32,000 nt of DNA from Erysipelotrichaceae bacterium (GCA_963676105.1 OY781039.1:420001-452000), one strand, 5' to 3'. Shown: positions 15,063-24,412, counted from the first letter of the stretch. Made by a program: numbers and translations. Notes: generated by a model not told the origin, from the letters alone.

Positions 15063-15524
15063 ATGAATTCAGAGTTAAACCGTCGTTTAAAAATATTATT
15101 AATCACTGCCTCATTACTGATATCGAGTTTTGTCATTTATGTATGGCTAATTGGACCAGTACAAGCCTATGAGTATGAACAAACTGTATTTTTAAATAAA
15201 ATTTATCGTAATACGGCATTTGATTCTTGTGAGCTTGTCAATAATACTCAAATTGATGCTGATGTTAAATTAGCGCAATGTCAGGTGAATGAGTCGCATA
15301 TGGTTTGGTTAAGTCTTGATGTAGACGCACATGTAATCGATCGACATAATTTTTATTTAGATATTTATTTGGATAACATGAATACTTTAAAACAAAGATA
15401 TCAAACAGATGAGGTTTCGTTTTCATATTATAAAGGAGAATTTGTTTATAATATCAAAACTGAAGATGAAGAATTCTTTTTAGATCTTAATAATTTTACG
15501 AAAGTGTTTAGAGTGTCAAAATGA
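15063..15524 (+). CDS. Membrane-anchored hypothetical protein (possibly YpmB/TseB-like PepSY-type ectodomain)
   Basis: It has an N-terminal TM helix and a roughly 115-aa ectodomain. It sits immediately upstream of dnaD with an ATGA overlap. The family assignment is only a weak impression. Confidence 0.4.
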   Translation: MNSELNRRLKILLITASLLISSFVIYVWLIGPVQAYEYEQTVFLNKIYRNTAFDSCELVNNTQIDADVKLAQCQVNESHMVWLSLDVDAHVIDRHNFYLDIYLDNMNTLKQRYQTDEVSFSYYKGEFVYNIKTEDEEFFLDLNNFTKVFRVSK

Positions 15525-16069
15525 AAAATAACCCTTATATAAACTACATTATCAAAGCTGATTGGATTTTAGATCATATGATTCAACTTGATTTAGATAC
15601 TCAGGAAACACTTGTGCTTTTAATACTAGAAAATCATATTAGACTTCAAAAACACATTGATCCTAAACTATTAGCCAATCAAACTAATTTATCCATTAAA
15701 GAATTTGATTCAAATCTCACATCTTTAATTCAAAAAGGCTATATCAAAATTAATATCACTGAACAAAGAGTTTCTTATGAATTACAAAATATTATTTTTG
15801 ACATTGAATCAACTCAAGATTTATCCGATAGTACAGATATTCTTGATTTATTTGAACGAGAATTTAAACGGCCATTATCAAATAATGAAATTAATAAATT
15901 AAATGATTGGTTAATGAAAGTAGGTCATGGATTTCTTGAACATGCATTAAGAGAAGCTGTTATCTACAATGCCGTAAAATTTGAGTATATCGATCGAATA
16001 TTAATTAATTGGATTGATAAAGGCGTAAAACTTGAAGATTTAGATGCAGGTATTAAAACCTATGACTGA
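15521..16069 (+). CDS. dnaD: DnaD-domain replication initiation/primosome protein
   Basis: The C-terminal DnaD/DnaB_2 repeat reads FEREFKRPLSNNEINKLNDWL...ALREAVIYNAVKFEYIDRILINW. The N-terminus is a winged-helix-like region. Synteny is dnaD-nth. Confidence 0.75.
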   Translation: MKNNPYINYIIKADWILDHMIQLDLDTQETLVLLILENHIRLQKHIDPKLLANQTNLSIKEFDSNLTSLIQKGYIKINITEQRVSYELQNIIFDIESTQDLSDSTDILDLFEREFKRPLSNNEINKLNDWLMKVGHGFLEHALREAVIYNAVKFEYIDRILINWIDKGVKLEDLDAGIKTYD

Positions 16070-16706
16070 TAAACAAAAACGTATTTTGGATACAATTTAT
16101 GCAATGTTTCCTGATGCGTGTTGTGAATTGGACTATAGAACTAATGAACAATTGGCAATAGCGGTGATTTTAAGCGCACAGACAACTGATAAACTCGTTA
16201 ACACCGTTACACCTAAAATCTATGAAAAGTTCTCTACAATGGATGAATTAGCTGATGCTGAAGTATCTGAGATAGAAGATTGTATTAAACGTATTGGGCT
16301 TTATCGAAACAAAGCCAAAAACATCAAAGCATTTGCACAAGAACTAAGAGAACGTCATGATTCTCATCTACCAAGTGACCCTAATGATTTAAAAGCATTA
16401 TCAGGTGTTGGACAAAAAACTTCACAAGTAATCTTAGCTGAGATATTTAAAACACCAGCACTTGCGGTTGATACCCATGTTCATCGTGTTTCACTCAGAC
16501 TAGGATTGACGAAAAAGGGAAGTAATGTTGATCAAACTGAAAAATCACTAAAGAGAATCATACCCAAAGATGAGTGGATTTTAGCCCATCATCGTATCTT
16601 ATGGTTTGGACGATATCATTGCCTTGCCCGTAATCCTAAATGTGATGAGTGTCCACTCAATGATGTTTGTCGATATTATAAAACCGAAAGAAAAGCGACT
16701 AAATAA
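16062..16706 (+). CDS. nth: Endonuclease III
   Basis: It has a helix-hairpin-helix LSGVGQKTSQVIL, DTHVHRV, and a 4Fe-4S loop CLARNPKCDECPLNDVC. The preferred start is ATG 16062, overlapping the dnaD stop as ATGACTGA. Confidence 0.92.
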   Translation: MTDKQKRILDTIYAMFPDACCELDYRTNEQLAIAVILSAQTTDKLVNTVTPKIYEKFSTMDELADAEVSEIEDCIKRIGLYRNKAKNIKAFAQELRERHDSHLPSDPNDLKALSGVGQKTSQVILAEIFKTPALAVDTHVHRVSLRLGLTKKGSNVDQTEKSLKRIIPKDEWILAHHRILWFGRYHCLARNPKCDECPLNDVCRYYKTERKATK

Positions 16707-16721
16707 GATAGTCGCTTTTTT
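16691..16721. terminator. Bidirectional intrinsic terminator between nth and ponA
   Basis: AGCGACT (16694-16700) pairs with AGTCGCT (16710-16716). An A-run lies upstream and a T-run (16716-21) downstream. The nth stop codon lies in the loop. Confidence 0.75.
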
Positions 16722-16729
16722 ACAAAGTC

Positions 16730-19700
16730 TTAATAAGCAATTGTATAAACTTGTGAGTATGATAATCCACCTTCATCAGTAACTTTTATAGTGAATGTAT
16801 CATTTACTGGATGTTCTTCATCATAGATGAGTGGCTCATAGACATAACCACCATTTGTGATTGTCACATTACCTTGTTCACCATCTTGAGTGACTTCATA
16901 CGTGATTGTATCACCATCTGAATCAATTAAGCCTAGGGTTCCATTAGCACTAGTGAATGCTGTGTTAAACCCTGAAGTTAAGCTAGGAGCAGAATTGTTT
17001 GTGGTGTAGGTAATTGTACCTGCATCAACAATTGCGCTTAATTTAACTGCGGTTCCTGCGGTTGCTGAAGTTGAACCATATTTAACAGTTGCGAGTGTAC
17101 CGTATTTTGGACCTGTGCATGTTACTAAACTACAGTAGCTTGGCATTGTGTTATCAACGGTTTTAATTGCTGCTTGTAAATCTGCAAAAAGGTAAACATC
17201 TTTATCTACGACATTGGCAGTAAAGGTATACTGTGATAATTTAGAGCGTTCAATTGAGTTTGAACTTGTCGCAGGGGATGTTGTCACAGTTGAGATTAAG
17301 CCGATAAGGTCAGTAGAAATACCGGTTGGGTAAGATGTTGTGACAGTGTAATTAAGATCATTGTCATCCATGAATGTTGTGAACTCTGCTTGTGTTTTTC
17401 CACTAAAGTCAGGAATGGTTAAGTAGAGATCTTCTAGGGTAATTGTTTGACAGATTTCAGCTGAATTATAATTTACATAATCATAGGAGTAATAGGCGCA
17501 ACCTTTTACAGTGCTTGTATCTGCAACTGTCAAAGTTGATGTAAAGGTTGTTGAGTCGGATTTGAGTTCTTGTACAACTTTATCATCAACATAGATTTTA
17601 AGTTTGTATTTAACTGGACCATATACCCAAGAATAATCAAATAATCGTGTTCCTGTGGCAGTAACGGTTTGATCCGCGACAGTTAATGAGTAATCTTTGG
17701 TTGCAGGGGCAACACTTAGTTTACTTGCATCTGGATAATCATTGACTTTAAATGTAAAGGTTTTACTTGTACCACTTGCGCTAACACTTGCCGTAAGTGA
17801 TGTAGGATTTGCGATACTTGGTGCTGCAAGTGGTGATAGATTTGCGTATTCAGATTTAATTAAACCTGAAACGACTAAATTAGGATTTGTATTTTCGTTT
17901 GGCGCTACATATGGATAAACTCCCATAACGTGTGTTACATCAACAACTGTTGATGGACGTGAGATATTTGCAGGATTACTGCGCTCTGTATATAAACTAT
18001 CTAAGATTGCATCGTTTATACGTCCTGGTAGATTTAAATTGATTTGAGTTCGATCTAAATAAGAAATTTGATCAACAACAGCTTTATCGTAGCCTACCCA
18101 AACGGCAGTTGTGAATTCACTAGTTGATGCGACCATCCATTTATCTTTAGCTGCACCCACTGGAATCCCATATTCAACACCAGTATCACCCCAGTCAGAG
18201 GTTCCTGTTTTAGCGTATACTTGGAAATCACGTCTTAGAATTTGCATGAAATTTGAGTATGGACCACTAACATCTTGTTCCATCATCATGCTTGTCATAT
18301 AAGCAGCTGCATCTGATAAAACAGCGGTTGAAGAATAACTTGGTGTGATGGGTTCAGTTCCATCTAAGAACTCAATACGCGTTACAGTGTGTGGAGTTAT
18401 GTATTCTCCAGCATTGATCATCGTGCTTACAGCACCAGCCATTTGAGTTGGTGATGCTTCGAAAGTTGAACCACCAATCGCATAACCTATGTCAAAGGTA
18501 TCGGTTGTGACATCAGTAAACCCTATGGAATTCATGTATTCGACAACTTTATCAGTTCCAATTGTACTGTCAACGGCCGTTAATGTTTGAATGGCTGGAA
18601 TATTTAATGAATTACCAATGGCAGTAGGTAAAAGTACATCACCACGATAAATGTTATCCCAGTTTTTAACGATGACATCAATTCCTTCATACTTGATTGG
18701 CATATCTTCTAACATATGTTGAGTTGACCAACCTAAATTTTCAAAAGCAAGTGGATAGGTTAAGACAACTTTTGCGCTTGATCCAGGTTGACGAGTCATA
18801 TCTACCGCACGATTGTATAAGCGTTCGCCATCATAGAAACGACCACCCCCAATCGCAATGATTTCACCAGTTTGATTGTTCATTGTTACAATCCCTGTTT
18901 GGATAATGTCATTTGGCCATGCGACACCTTCAACTTCGCCATTTTGAATGGCATCAACAGTATCTTGTGTATCGCGATCCATCGTTGTATAGATACGCAT
19001 TGGTACATCAATAGGATCCATACCAGTAAGTTCAATAACTTCATTAACCACCACATCTACATAAGCTTGATATGGAATAGATTGGTCAGAAGTTGTGGTT
19101 GATCCAACTAATAGATTTTCTAAATTAACACTTAGAGCTAATTCATATTCTTCACTTGAAATGTAACCATGTCTCTCCATTTGATAGAGAACAGTATCTG
19201 TTCTTTCTTGGGCAAGTTCTAAGTCATACATTGGATTGTAGTAATTAGGTGCATTAATAACACCGGCTAAAAAGGCAGCTTCAATAAGATTAACGTCAGT
19301 AATATCTTTTCCAAAATAGTATTGTGCTGCCGTTTGAATACCGCGTTTATTACCAGGTACACCAAAGTTGAGTCTATTTAAGTAAAGTTCTAAAATACGT
19401 TTTTTACTGAGTAAGTCCTCAGAATTAATCGCAGTATAAATTTCTCTTATCTTACGATTAATCCCTGCTAGTCCGCTACGAACAGCGGTTGCTTCTTCAG
19501 TTTCAAAATAAGTGCCCTTAACTAACTGCATTGTAAAGGTAGAGCCACCAGAGGCAATACTCATTGTACGGATATTATCAATAAAAGCTTTTGTGAAACG
19601 AGGTAAGTCGAAACCGTTATGTTCAAAGAAACGTGAATCTTCTATAGATACAAATGCATCGATAACCGATTGAGGTAAATCATCATAACTAACATTTTCA

Positions 19701-19999
19701 CGAATTTGATAACCAACATCTGCGACTAAAGTACCATTTGAATCAAAGATTTTAGAAGAATTTTGACTTTCAAAATCTTCAACATTTAATGTTGGTGCAT
19801 CTTTTAAGACATAGACTAAGTAACTAACACCTGCGAGGCCACCAATCAGTTCTAATATTAAAAGGACTAAAACAACTTTCTTCAGGAGTAGAAATTTGAT
19901 TCCTTTAGTATTGTTTGTTTTATCTTTTTTCTTAAATTTTGGTAACTTAGGTGTTTTAATTTTTAAGTTTTTTAAATTAATATTTGGTTTAGAAGCCAT
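16730..19999 (-). CDS. ponA: Class A penicillin-binding protein (PBP1A-type glycosyltransferase/transpeptidase) with a long C-terminal extension
   Basis: GT51 motifs are present (EDSRFFEHNGFD, GGSTFTMQLVK, RKIREI, KKRILELYLN). Transpeptidase motifs are SSAK (aa 407-410), SLN (463-465) and KTGTS (597-601). Residues from about 680 to 1089 form an S/T-rich beta-type extension. Arrangement is recU-ponA, as in Bacillus. Confidence 0.92.
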   Translation of the reverse strand: MASKPNINLKNLKIKTPKLPKFKKKDKTNNTKGIKFLLLKKVVLVLLILELIGGLAGVSYLVYVLKDAPTLNVEDFESQNSSKIFDSNGTLVADVGYQIRENVSYDDLPQSVIDAFVSIEDSRFFEHNGFDLPRFTKAFIDNIRTMSIASGGSTFTMQLVKGTYFETEEATAVRSGLAGINRKIREIYTAINSEDLLSKKRILELYLNRLNFGVPGNKRGIQTAAQYYFGKDITDVNLIEAAFLAGVINAPNYYNPMYDLELAQERTDTVLYQMERHGYISSEEYELALSVNLENLLVGSTTTSDQSIPYQAYVDVVVNEVIELTGMDPIDVPMRIYTTMDRDTQDTVDAIQNGEVEGVAWPNDIIQTGIVTMNNQTGEIIAIGGGRFYDGERLYNRAVDMTRQPGSSAKVVLTYPLAFENLGWSTQHMLEDMPIKYEGIDVIVKNWDNIYRGDVLLPTAIGNSLNIPAIQTLTAVDSTIGTDKVVEYMNSIGFTDVTTDTFDIGYAIGGSTFEASPTQMAGAVSTMINAGEYITPHTVTRIEFLDGTEPITPSYSSTAVLSDAAAYMTSMMMEQDVSGPYSNFMQILRRDFQVYAKTGTSDWGDTGVEYGIPVGAAKDKWMVASTSEFTTAVWVGYDKAVVDQISYLDRTQINLNLPGRINDAILDSLYTERSNPANISRPSTVVDVTHVMGVYPYVAPNENTNPNLVVSGLIKSEYANLSPLAAPSIANPTSLTASVSASGTSKTFTFKVNDYPDASKLSVAPATKDYSLTVADQTVTATGTRLFDYSWVYGPVKYKLKIYVDDKVVQELKSDSTTFTSTLTVADTSTVKGCAYYSYDYVNYNSAEICQTITLEDLYLTIPDFSGKTQAEFTTFMDDNDLNYTVTTSYPTGISTDLIGLISTVTTSPATSSNSIERSKLSQYTFTANVVDKDVYLFADLQAAIKTVDNTMPSYCSLVTCTGPKYGTLATVKYGSTSATAGTAVKLSAIVDAGTITYTTNNSAPSLTSGFNTAFTSANGTLGLIDSDGDTITYEVTQDGEQGNVTITNGGYVYEPLIYDEEHPVNDTFTIKVTDEGGLSYSQVYTIAY

Positions 20000-20000
20000 A

Positions 20001-20579
20001 TTATTCTCCCTTAAATAGCGTTTTATCTAAGACTGTTAAATAATCAACAGGCCGTAATAGATGATAGTTTATTTGATGAGCTTTTTCAACAATCCAAGTA
20101 TATGGAAGTGATTTTCTCTTATTTAGTTTAACAAATTCAAGATAATCCTCAATATACAATAAATAGGTTTCATCAAGTGATGTAAAACGAATGATGAGGA
20201 AAGCAATGCCACCATGTTCTTTGATTTTGCGCATATGATCAATTTGATGTTGATGAATATTGGCTAAAACAAAAGATGTTTTTGATTTAGATTCTTTTGC
20301 CTCAAAGTCAATATAGCGGCCTTTATAAATACCGTTGTAGTCAGTAGTAGAAGCTATTTTATAATAAGCTTCAACTATTTTTGCTTTATTTCGAGCAGGG
20401 TAATCAACCTTTACAACCTGAACAGGTGTTGGTTTTTTATAGATCACAGCTCTATTATCATTTAAATAGCTTTGATTAGTTGTGTTTAAATCATCTTCTA
20501 AAGACATCCCTCTATTTGAGAATGATTTAGATTTATTTACACCTGCGCTACTTAAATGTTTAGTTGGATAGTTAATCAT
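20001..20579 (-). CDS. recU: Holliday-junction resolvase RecU
   Basis: MINYPTK..., NRGMSLEDDLN, DYNGIYKGRYIDFEAKES and IAFLIIRF are RecU catalytic-core strings. I prefer ATG 20579 to the track's TTG 20609, because RecU proteins begin M-I-x-YP. The stop is 1 nt from the ponA start. Confidence 0.9.
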   Translation of the reverse strand: MINYPTKHLSSAGVNKSKSFSNRGMSLEDDLNTTNQSYLNDNRAVIYKKPTPVQVVKVDYPARNKAKIVEAYYKIASTTDYNGIYKGRYIDFEAKESKSKTSFVLANIHQHQIDHMRKIKEHGGIAFLIIRFTSLDETYLLYIEDYLEFVKLNKRKSLPYTWIVEKAHQINYHLLRPVDYLTVLDKTLFKGE

Positions 20580-20626
20580 ACTCTTGACATTATACCTTAA
20601 ATAACTCAAATTCGGTTTTCTCTCAG

Positions 20627-20655
20627 TTGAAAAGCAAAGAGTAATTTGCTATAAG
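20627..20655 (+). promoter_or_regulatory. Candidate sigma-A promoter for gpsB
   Basis: TTGAAA (20627-20632), a 17-nt spacer and TATAAG (20650-20655). An SD AGGA lies 9 nt before ATG 20676. Confidence 0.4.
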
Positions 20656-20675
20656 TAATATGCAGGACAAACATT

Positions 20676-20990
20676 ATGAAAACATTTGGAAAACATTCAG
20701 CAAAAAGTATTTATGAACAAAGTTTCAATATTGAATTTAAAGGATATTCAATGATTGAAGTCGACCAATTTTTGGACGAAGTGATTCAGGACTATAGTTT
20801 CTTTGAAAAACAGCTCCAAACAGTTAATGAAGTCATTCAAGATCTTCAACATCAAAATGCGCTATTAAAGGCAAAATTGATAGAAGCTGAAGGACGATTA
20901 GATGTGAATAGTACAGGCGAAATGAGTGTTCAACAAACTGATCTGATGAAACGTCTCGCAAAACTTGAAAGTGAAGTTTATAAAAAGTAA
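20676..20990 (+). CDS. gpsB: Cell-cycle protein GpsB (DivIVA-domain)
   Basis: The N-terminal DivIVA domain reads IYEQSFNIEFKGYSMIEVDQFLDEVIQDY. It is followed by a coiled coil and a short C-terminal helix. It is about 100 aa, divergent from recU and directly upstream of rnpB, as in B. subtilis. Confidence 0.88.
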   Translation: MKTFGKHSAKSIYEQSFNIEFKGYSMIEVDQFLDEVIQDYSFFEKQLQTVNEVIQDLQHQNALLKAKLIEAEGRLDVNSTGEMSVQQTDLMKRLAKLESEVYKK

Positions 20991-21340
20991 TACATGAGGG
21001 CAATCGCTGAATCGCAAGATTTAGAGGAAAGTCCATGCTCGCACAATCTGTGATGATTGTAGTGTTTATGCTGAGCCAATCAATAAGCTCAGGTGCTTAG
21101 TAATAAGTAACGGCAGGATTAATCCTAAGGTGCAAACTATGGTAGCGTCCTTGAAAGTGCCACAGTGACGGAGTCTAATTAGAAATGATTAGAGTGGAAC
21201 GCGGTAAACCCCATAAGCGAGAAACCCAAATTTGGTAGGGGAACTTCAAAAAACAAACCGAAGTTTGATGAAGACACATTGTGTAGATAAATGGTTGCCA
21301 CCACATTTATGTGGGACAGAACATGGCTTACATCATGTAT
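20991..21340 (+). ncRNA. rnpB: RNase P RNA, Bacillus-type (type B)
   Basis: The sequence contains GAGGAAAGTCCATGCTCGCAC, CTTGAAAGTGCCACAGTGACGGAGTCT, AGAGTGGAACGCGGTAAACCCC, GCGAGAAACCCAAATTTGGTAGGGGAAC and ACAGAACATGGCTTAC. These are near-identical to B. subtilis rnpB conserved regions. P1 is formed by 20991-20997 (TACATGA) and 21332-21338 (TCATGTA). Confidence 0.95.
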
Positions 21341-21347
21341 TAATTAA

Positions 21348-21369
21348 TATGGGGAATTTTTCCCCATTT
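21348..21369 (+). terminator. Intrinsic terminator after rnpB
   Basis: ATGGGGAA-TTT-TTCCCCAT followed by TTTT. Confidence 0.75.
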
Positions 21370-21420
21370 TATTTGTTAAAAAAGACTATGTACGGTTATA
21401 ATGGATAGAGGTATTTTTTA

Positions 21421-22308
21421 GTGGAAAATTTAGGACAAATCATTAAACAACGCCGAGAAGAATTCGGCTACACATTAAAGGCCATTAGTGATAAAACACG
21501 AGTGCCTGTCGCAAAACTTGAAGCCATCGAGAATGGTGATTTAAAGTACTTCGAAAACGATATGTCTTATGTTAAATTTTATGTCCGCTATTACTGTAAT
21601 GCACTCCATTTAAACTTTGATGATTATAAAGAAGAATTAGAAACTGCCCTTGATAAATTTTCAAATACATCTCAGATGTTAAAACAAGTTGAATTTGAAC
21701 AAGTGAATTCACGTGTTAATGATCGCACTAAAAAAGCAAACAAGAAATCAATAAGAAGTAAACGTAATATTGACTTCTCATTTATTTCTTTTGTATCAAT
21801 TATTGTTGTTCTAGTCGCTGGTTTAGCACTTGTATTCTTTTTTATGATATTACCTAATTTAAACCAATCTTCAGATCCAATTATTACGGATGATCAAAGA
21901 GATGTCCCAAGTGAAATCGTTGATGAAGTTGAAGATGAAGTAGAAACGCCAGAAGTCGTTGATAATACAATCCATATTGAAAAACTTGATACAAGTGATT
22001 ATCAAATTTCAAACTATGCAGTAGAACAAGAAATTCAATTTGTGATTGAATTTAAATATGACGCCTATGTCAGAATTCGAATTGATGGGGCAGATAGTTT
22101 AAATCCACCAAGTCAACTATTTAAAGCTGGTTCAACACTTGATATGAAATTAGATGCTCAAGATGGTCGCCTTGTTGAATTTTATGTTGGCTACATGGAA
22201 GGAAGCGTAATTAAACTTGATGATCAAATCGTTGAACTAGATGAATCGGTAGCCAATAAATCGGGTAAGGTTGATTTTAGCTTTAGCTTTGTGGGTGGTG
22301 AACAATGA
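21421..22308 (+). CDS. rodZ: RodZ/YmfM-like cytoskeleton-associated protein (HTH, TM, C-terminal DUF4115-like domain)
   Basis: It uses a GTG start. The N-terminal XRE HTH reads LGQIIKQRREEFGYTLKAISDKTRVPVAKLEAIENGD, followed by a basic linker, one TM helix, an acidic spacer and a beta-rich C-terminus. It sits directly upstream of pgsA, like B. subtilis ymfM. A candidate promoter is TTGTTA (21372-77), 18 nt, TATAAT (21396-401). Confidence 0.72.
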   Translation: MENLGQIIKQRREEFGYTLKAISDKTRVPVAKLEAIENGDLKYFENDMSYVKFYVRYYCNALHLNFDDYKEELETALDKFSNTSQMLKQVEFEQVNSRVNDRTKKANKKSIRSKRNIDFSFISFVSIIVVLVAGLALVFFFMILPNLNQSSDPIITDDQRDVPSEIVDEVEDEVETPEVVDNTIHIEKLDTSDYQISNYAVEQEIQFVIEFKYDAYVRIRIDGADSLNPPSQLFKAGSTLDMKLDAQDGRLVEFYVGYMEGSVIKLDDQIVELDESVANKSGKVDFSFSFVGGEQ

Positions 22309-22898
22309 ATATACCTAATCGTATAACACTATTTAGACTAATATTAGTTCCTATTCTTGTCTTTTTTGCTTTATTTCCATTTGCACATTTTGGAATTAGT
22401 TTTGGTTATACAGCGATAAGGTTTGTCACAATTCCTAATTTGAACTTTATTTTATTTGGAATTTTTGTGCTTGGAAGTTTAACGGATTTCTTAGATGGTT
22501 ATCTAGCTCGTAAAAATAACTTAGTCACAACCTTTGGTAAATTCTTTGATCCGATTGCAGATAAATTGTTGGTGAATACCTTATTCATCTTATTAGCGGT
22601 TGATGGGGTTGTACCTGTCTTGGCTGTCATTATTATGATTTGGCGTGATACTTTAGTAGAAGCAATTCGTATGTTAGCTGCGAAACATGGTTTAGTTGTA
22701 TCTGCGCAATTTTTAGGAAAAGCTAAAACGGTATCACAGATGTTAACCATATCTTTATATCTTATTGGTAACTTACCGTTTGAACTTTACAATTTACCTG
22801 TTTGTGATTTATTACTGTGGTTCACAGTGAGTTTATCGGTATTAAGTGGTATCTCATATTTTATGCAATCTAAAAATCTAATTCTAGAAAGTATGTAA
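22305..22898 (+). CDS. pgsA: CDP-diacylglycerol--glycerol-3-phosphate 3-phosphatidyltransferase
   Basis: It carries the CDP-alcohol phosphatidyltransferase motif DFLDGYLARKNNLVTTFGKFFDPIADK and a multi-TM profile. Confidence 0.92.
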   Translation: MNIPNRITLFRLILVPILVFFALFPFAHFGISFGYTAIRFVTIPNLNFILFGIFVLGSLTDFLDGYLARKNNLVTTFGKFFDPIADKLLVNTLFILLAVDGVVPVLAVIIMIWRDTLVEAIRMLAAKHGLVVSAQFLGKAKTVSQMLTISLYLIGNLPFELYNLPVCDLLLWFTVSLSVLSGISYFMQSKNLILESM

Positions 22899-23353
22899 TG
22901 GAAGAGTTAGTACAATTATTAAAAGATAAACAATTAACGATTAGTTCAATAGAGTCCTTTACTGGAGGACTTTTTGCATCTCAAATCACTTCAATACCAG
23001 GTGCTTCAAGAGTTTTTACAGGAACACTCGTTGCTTATGATACAAAAGTAAAAAAAGATAAGCTAAAAATTGATGAAGTGATTGAAAAGTATGGCGTGAT
23101 ATCAAAAGAGTGTGCTATCGCGATGGCAGAGGAAGGCTCAAAGTATTTCAATTCTGATATTACTCTATCTTTAACCGGGAATGCAGGACCTGATGCAATG
23201 GATGGCAAAAAAGCTGGTTTAACGTATATGGCATTAAACTTTAAAGACAAAACACTATGTTTTGAGGACAATTTACATTTTGAGCGTAATATATTAAGAC
23301 AAGCCGCTGTTAATTTGGCTGTGATGCGTATTAAACAAGAATTTTTAGGATAA
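22898..23353 (+). CDS. pncC: CinA C-terminal-domain-only protein (nicotinamide-nucleotide amidase PncC type)
   Basis: 151 aa with SIESFTGGLFAS, GVIS.ECA..MA and SLTGNAGPD. This corresponds to the C-terminal domain of CinA. The N-terminal MoCF-like domain of Bacillus CinA is absent. Confidence 0.85.
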   Translation: MEELVQLLKDKQLTISSIESFTGGLFASQITSIPGASRVFTGTLVAYDTKVKKDKLKIDEVIEKYGVISKECAIAMAEEGSKYFNSDITLSLTGNAGPDAMDGKKAGLTYMALNFKDKTLCFEDNLHFERNILRQAAVNLAVMRIKQEFLG

Positions 23354-23393
23354 GCATGCTATGCTTCATATAATATAAGTAGGAGAGTAACTT

Positions 23394-24410
23394 ATGGCAA
23401 AAACAAATGATTCAATGTTAGATGAAACATTAAAACAGATTGAAAAACAATACGGTAAAGGATCCATCATGCGATTAGGTGATCGTGCGAATGTAGATGT
23501 CGATGCGATTGGTAGTGGATCACTTGCGATTGATGCTGCATTAGGCATAGGTGGATATCCAAAAGGACGTATTATTGAAATCTATGGACCTGAGTCTTCA
23601 GGTAAAACGACTTTAGCGCTTCATGCGATTGCTGAAGTTCAAAAAGCTGGTGGTAAAGCAGCCTTTATTGATGCAGAAAATGCAATCGATCCTCGTTATG
23701 CACAAAACTTAGGTGTACAAATTGATGATTTGATTCTTTCTCAACCAGATTCAGGTGAACAAGCTTTAGAAATTACAGAACTTTTAATCAAATCAAACGC
23801 CATTGATTTAATTGTTGTGGATTCAGTTGCGGCATTAGTACCACAAGCAGAACTTAATGGTGAAATGTCAGATGCACATGTTGGTTTACAAGCTAGGCTT
23901 ATGTCAAAAGCAATGCGTAAATTAGCAGGTGTTATGAATCGCTCAGAAACAACAGTAATATTTATTAATCAACTACGTGAAAAGGTAGGCATTATGTTTG
24001 GTAATCCTGAAACAACTTCAGGTGGTCGTGCCTTAAAATTCTATTCATCCATTCGCTTAGACGTACGTCGTTCTCAAGCGATTAAGCAAGGTGCAGATGT
24101 TATTGGTAATCAAGTTAAAGTTAAAGTAGTCAAAAATAAAGTAGCACCTCCATTTAAAGTTGCTGAAATAGAAATTATGTATGGTGAAGGTATTTCTCAT
24201 GAAGGAGAACTTGTTGAATTAGGTGTTCAATATGATGTTGTTGGTAAAGCGGGATCATGGTTCTCATATAAAGGTGAGAAAATTGGTCAAGGGAAAGAAG
24301 CTGTTAAAGCGTATTTAAAAGCTAATCCTGTGATTGCATCTGAAATTGAAAAAGAAATTAAATCTCAAGCTTTTACAAGTGCGAGTGACGATGATTTTGA
24401 AGGAGCGTAA
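23394..24410 (+). CDS. recA: Recombinase RecA
   Basis: [15 protein letters not shown], Walker [30 protein letters not shown] and the L2 region [15 protein letters not shown] are present. SD AGGAGA. Confidence 0.97.
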   Translation: MAKTNDSMLDETLKQIEKQYGKGSIMRLGDRANVDVDAIGSGSLAIDAALGIGGYPKGRIIEIYGPESSGKTTLALHAIAEVQKAGGKAAFIDAENAIDPRYAQNLGVQIDDLILSQPDSGEQALEITELLIKSNAIDLIVVDSVAALVPQAELNGEMSDAHVGLQARLMSKAMRKLAGVMNRSETTVIFINQLREKVGIMFGNPETTSGGRALKFYSSIRLDVRRSQAIKQGADVIGNQVKVKVVKNKVAPPFKVAEIEIMYGEGISHEGELVELGVQYDVVGKAGSWFSYKGEKIGQGKEAVKAYLKANPVIASEIEKEIKSQAFTSASDDDFEGA

Positions 24411-24412
24411 TG
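24406..24412. repeat. Left copy of the direct repeat CGTAA(TG) flanking the IS (candidate target-site duplication)
   Basis: CGTAATG at 24406-24412 is identical to 25779-25785. It contains the recA stop codon. Confidence 0.6.

Noticed and set aside
20965-20993. Possible rnpB promoter inside the end of gpsB (TTGAAA 20965-70, 17 nt, TAATAC 20988-93).
   Set aside because: It would start transcription about 8 nt inside the predicted P1 5' strand of RNase P RNA. rnpB may instead be co-transcribed with gpsB and processed. The evidence is too weak to report as a feature.
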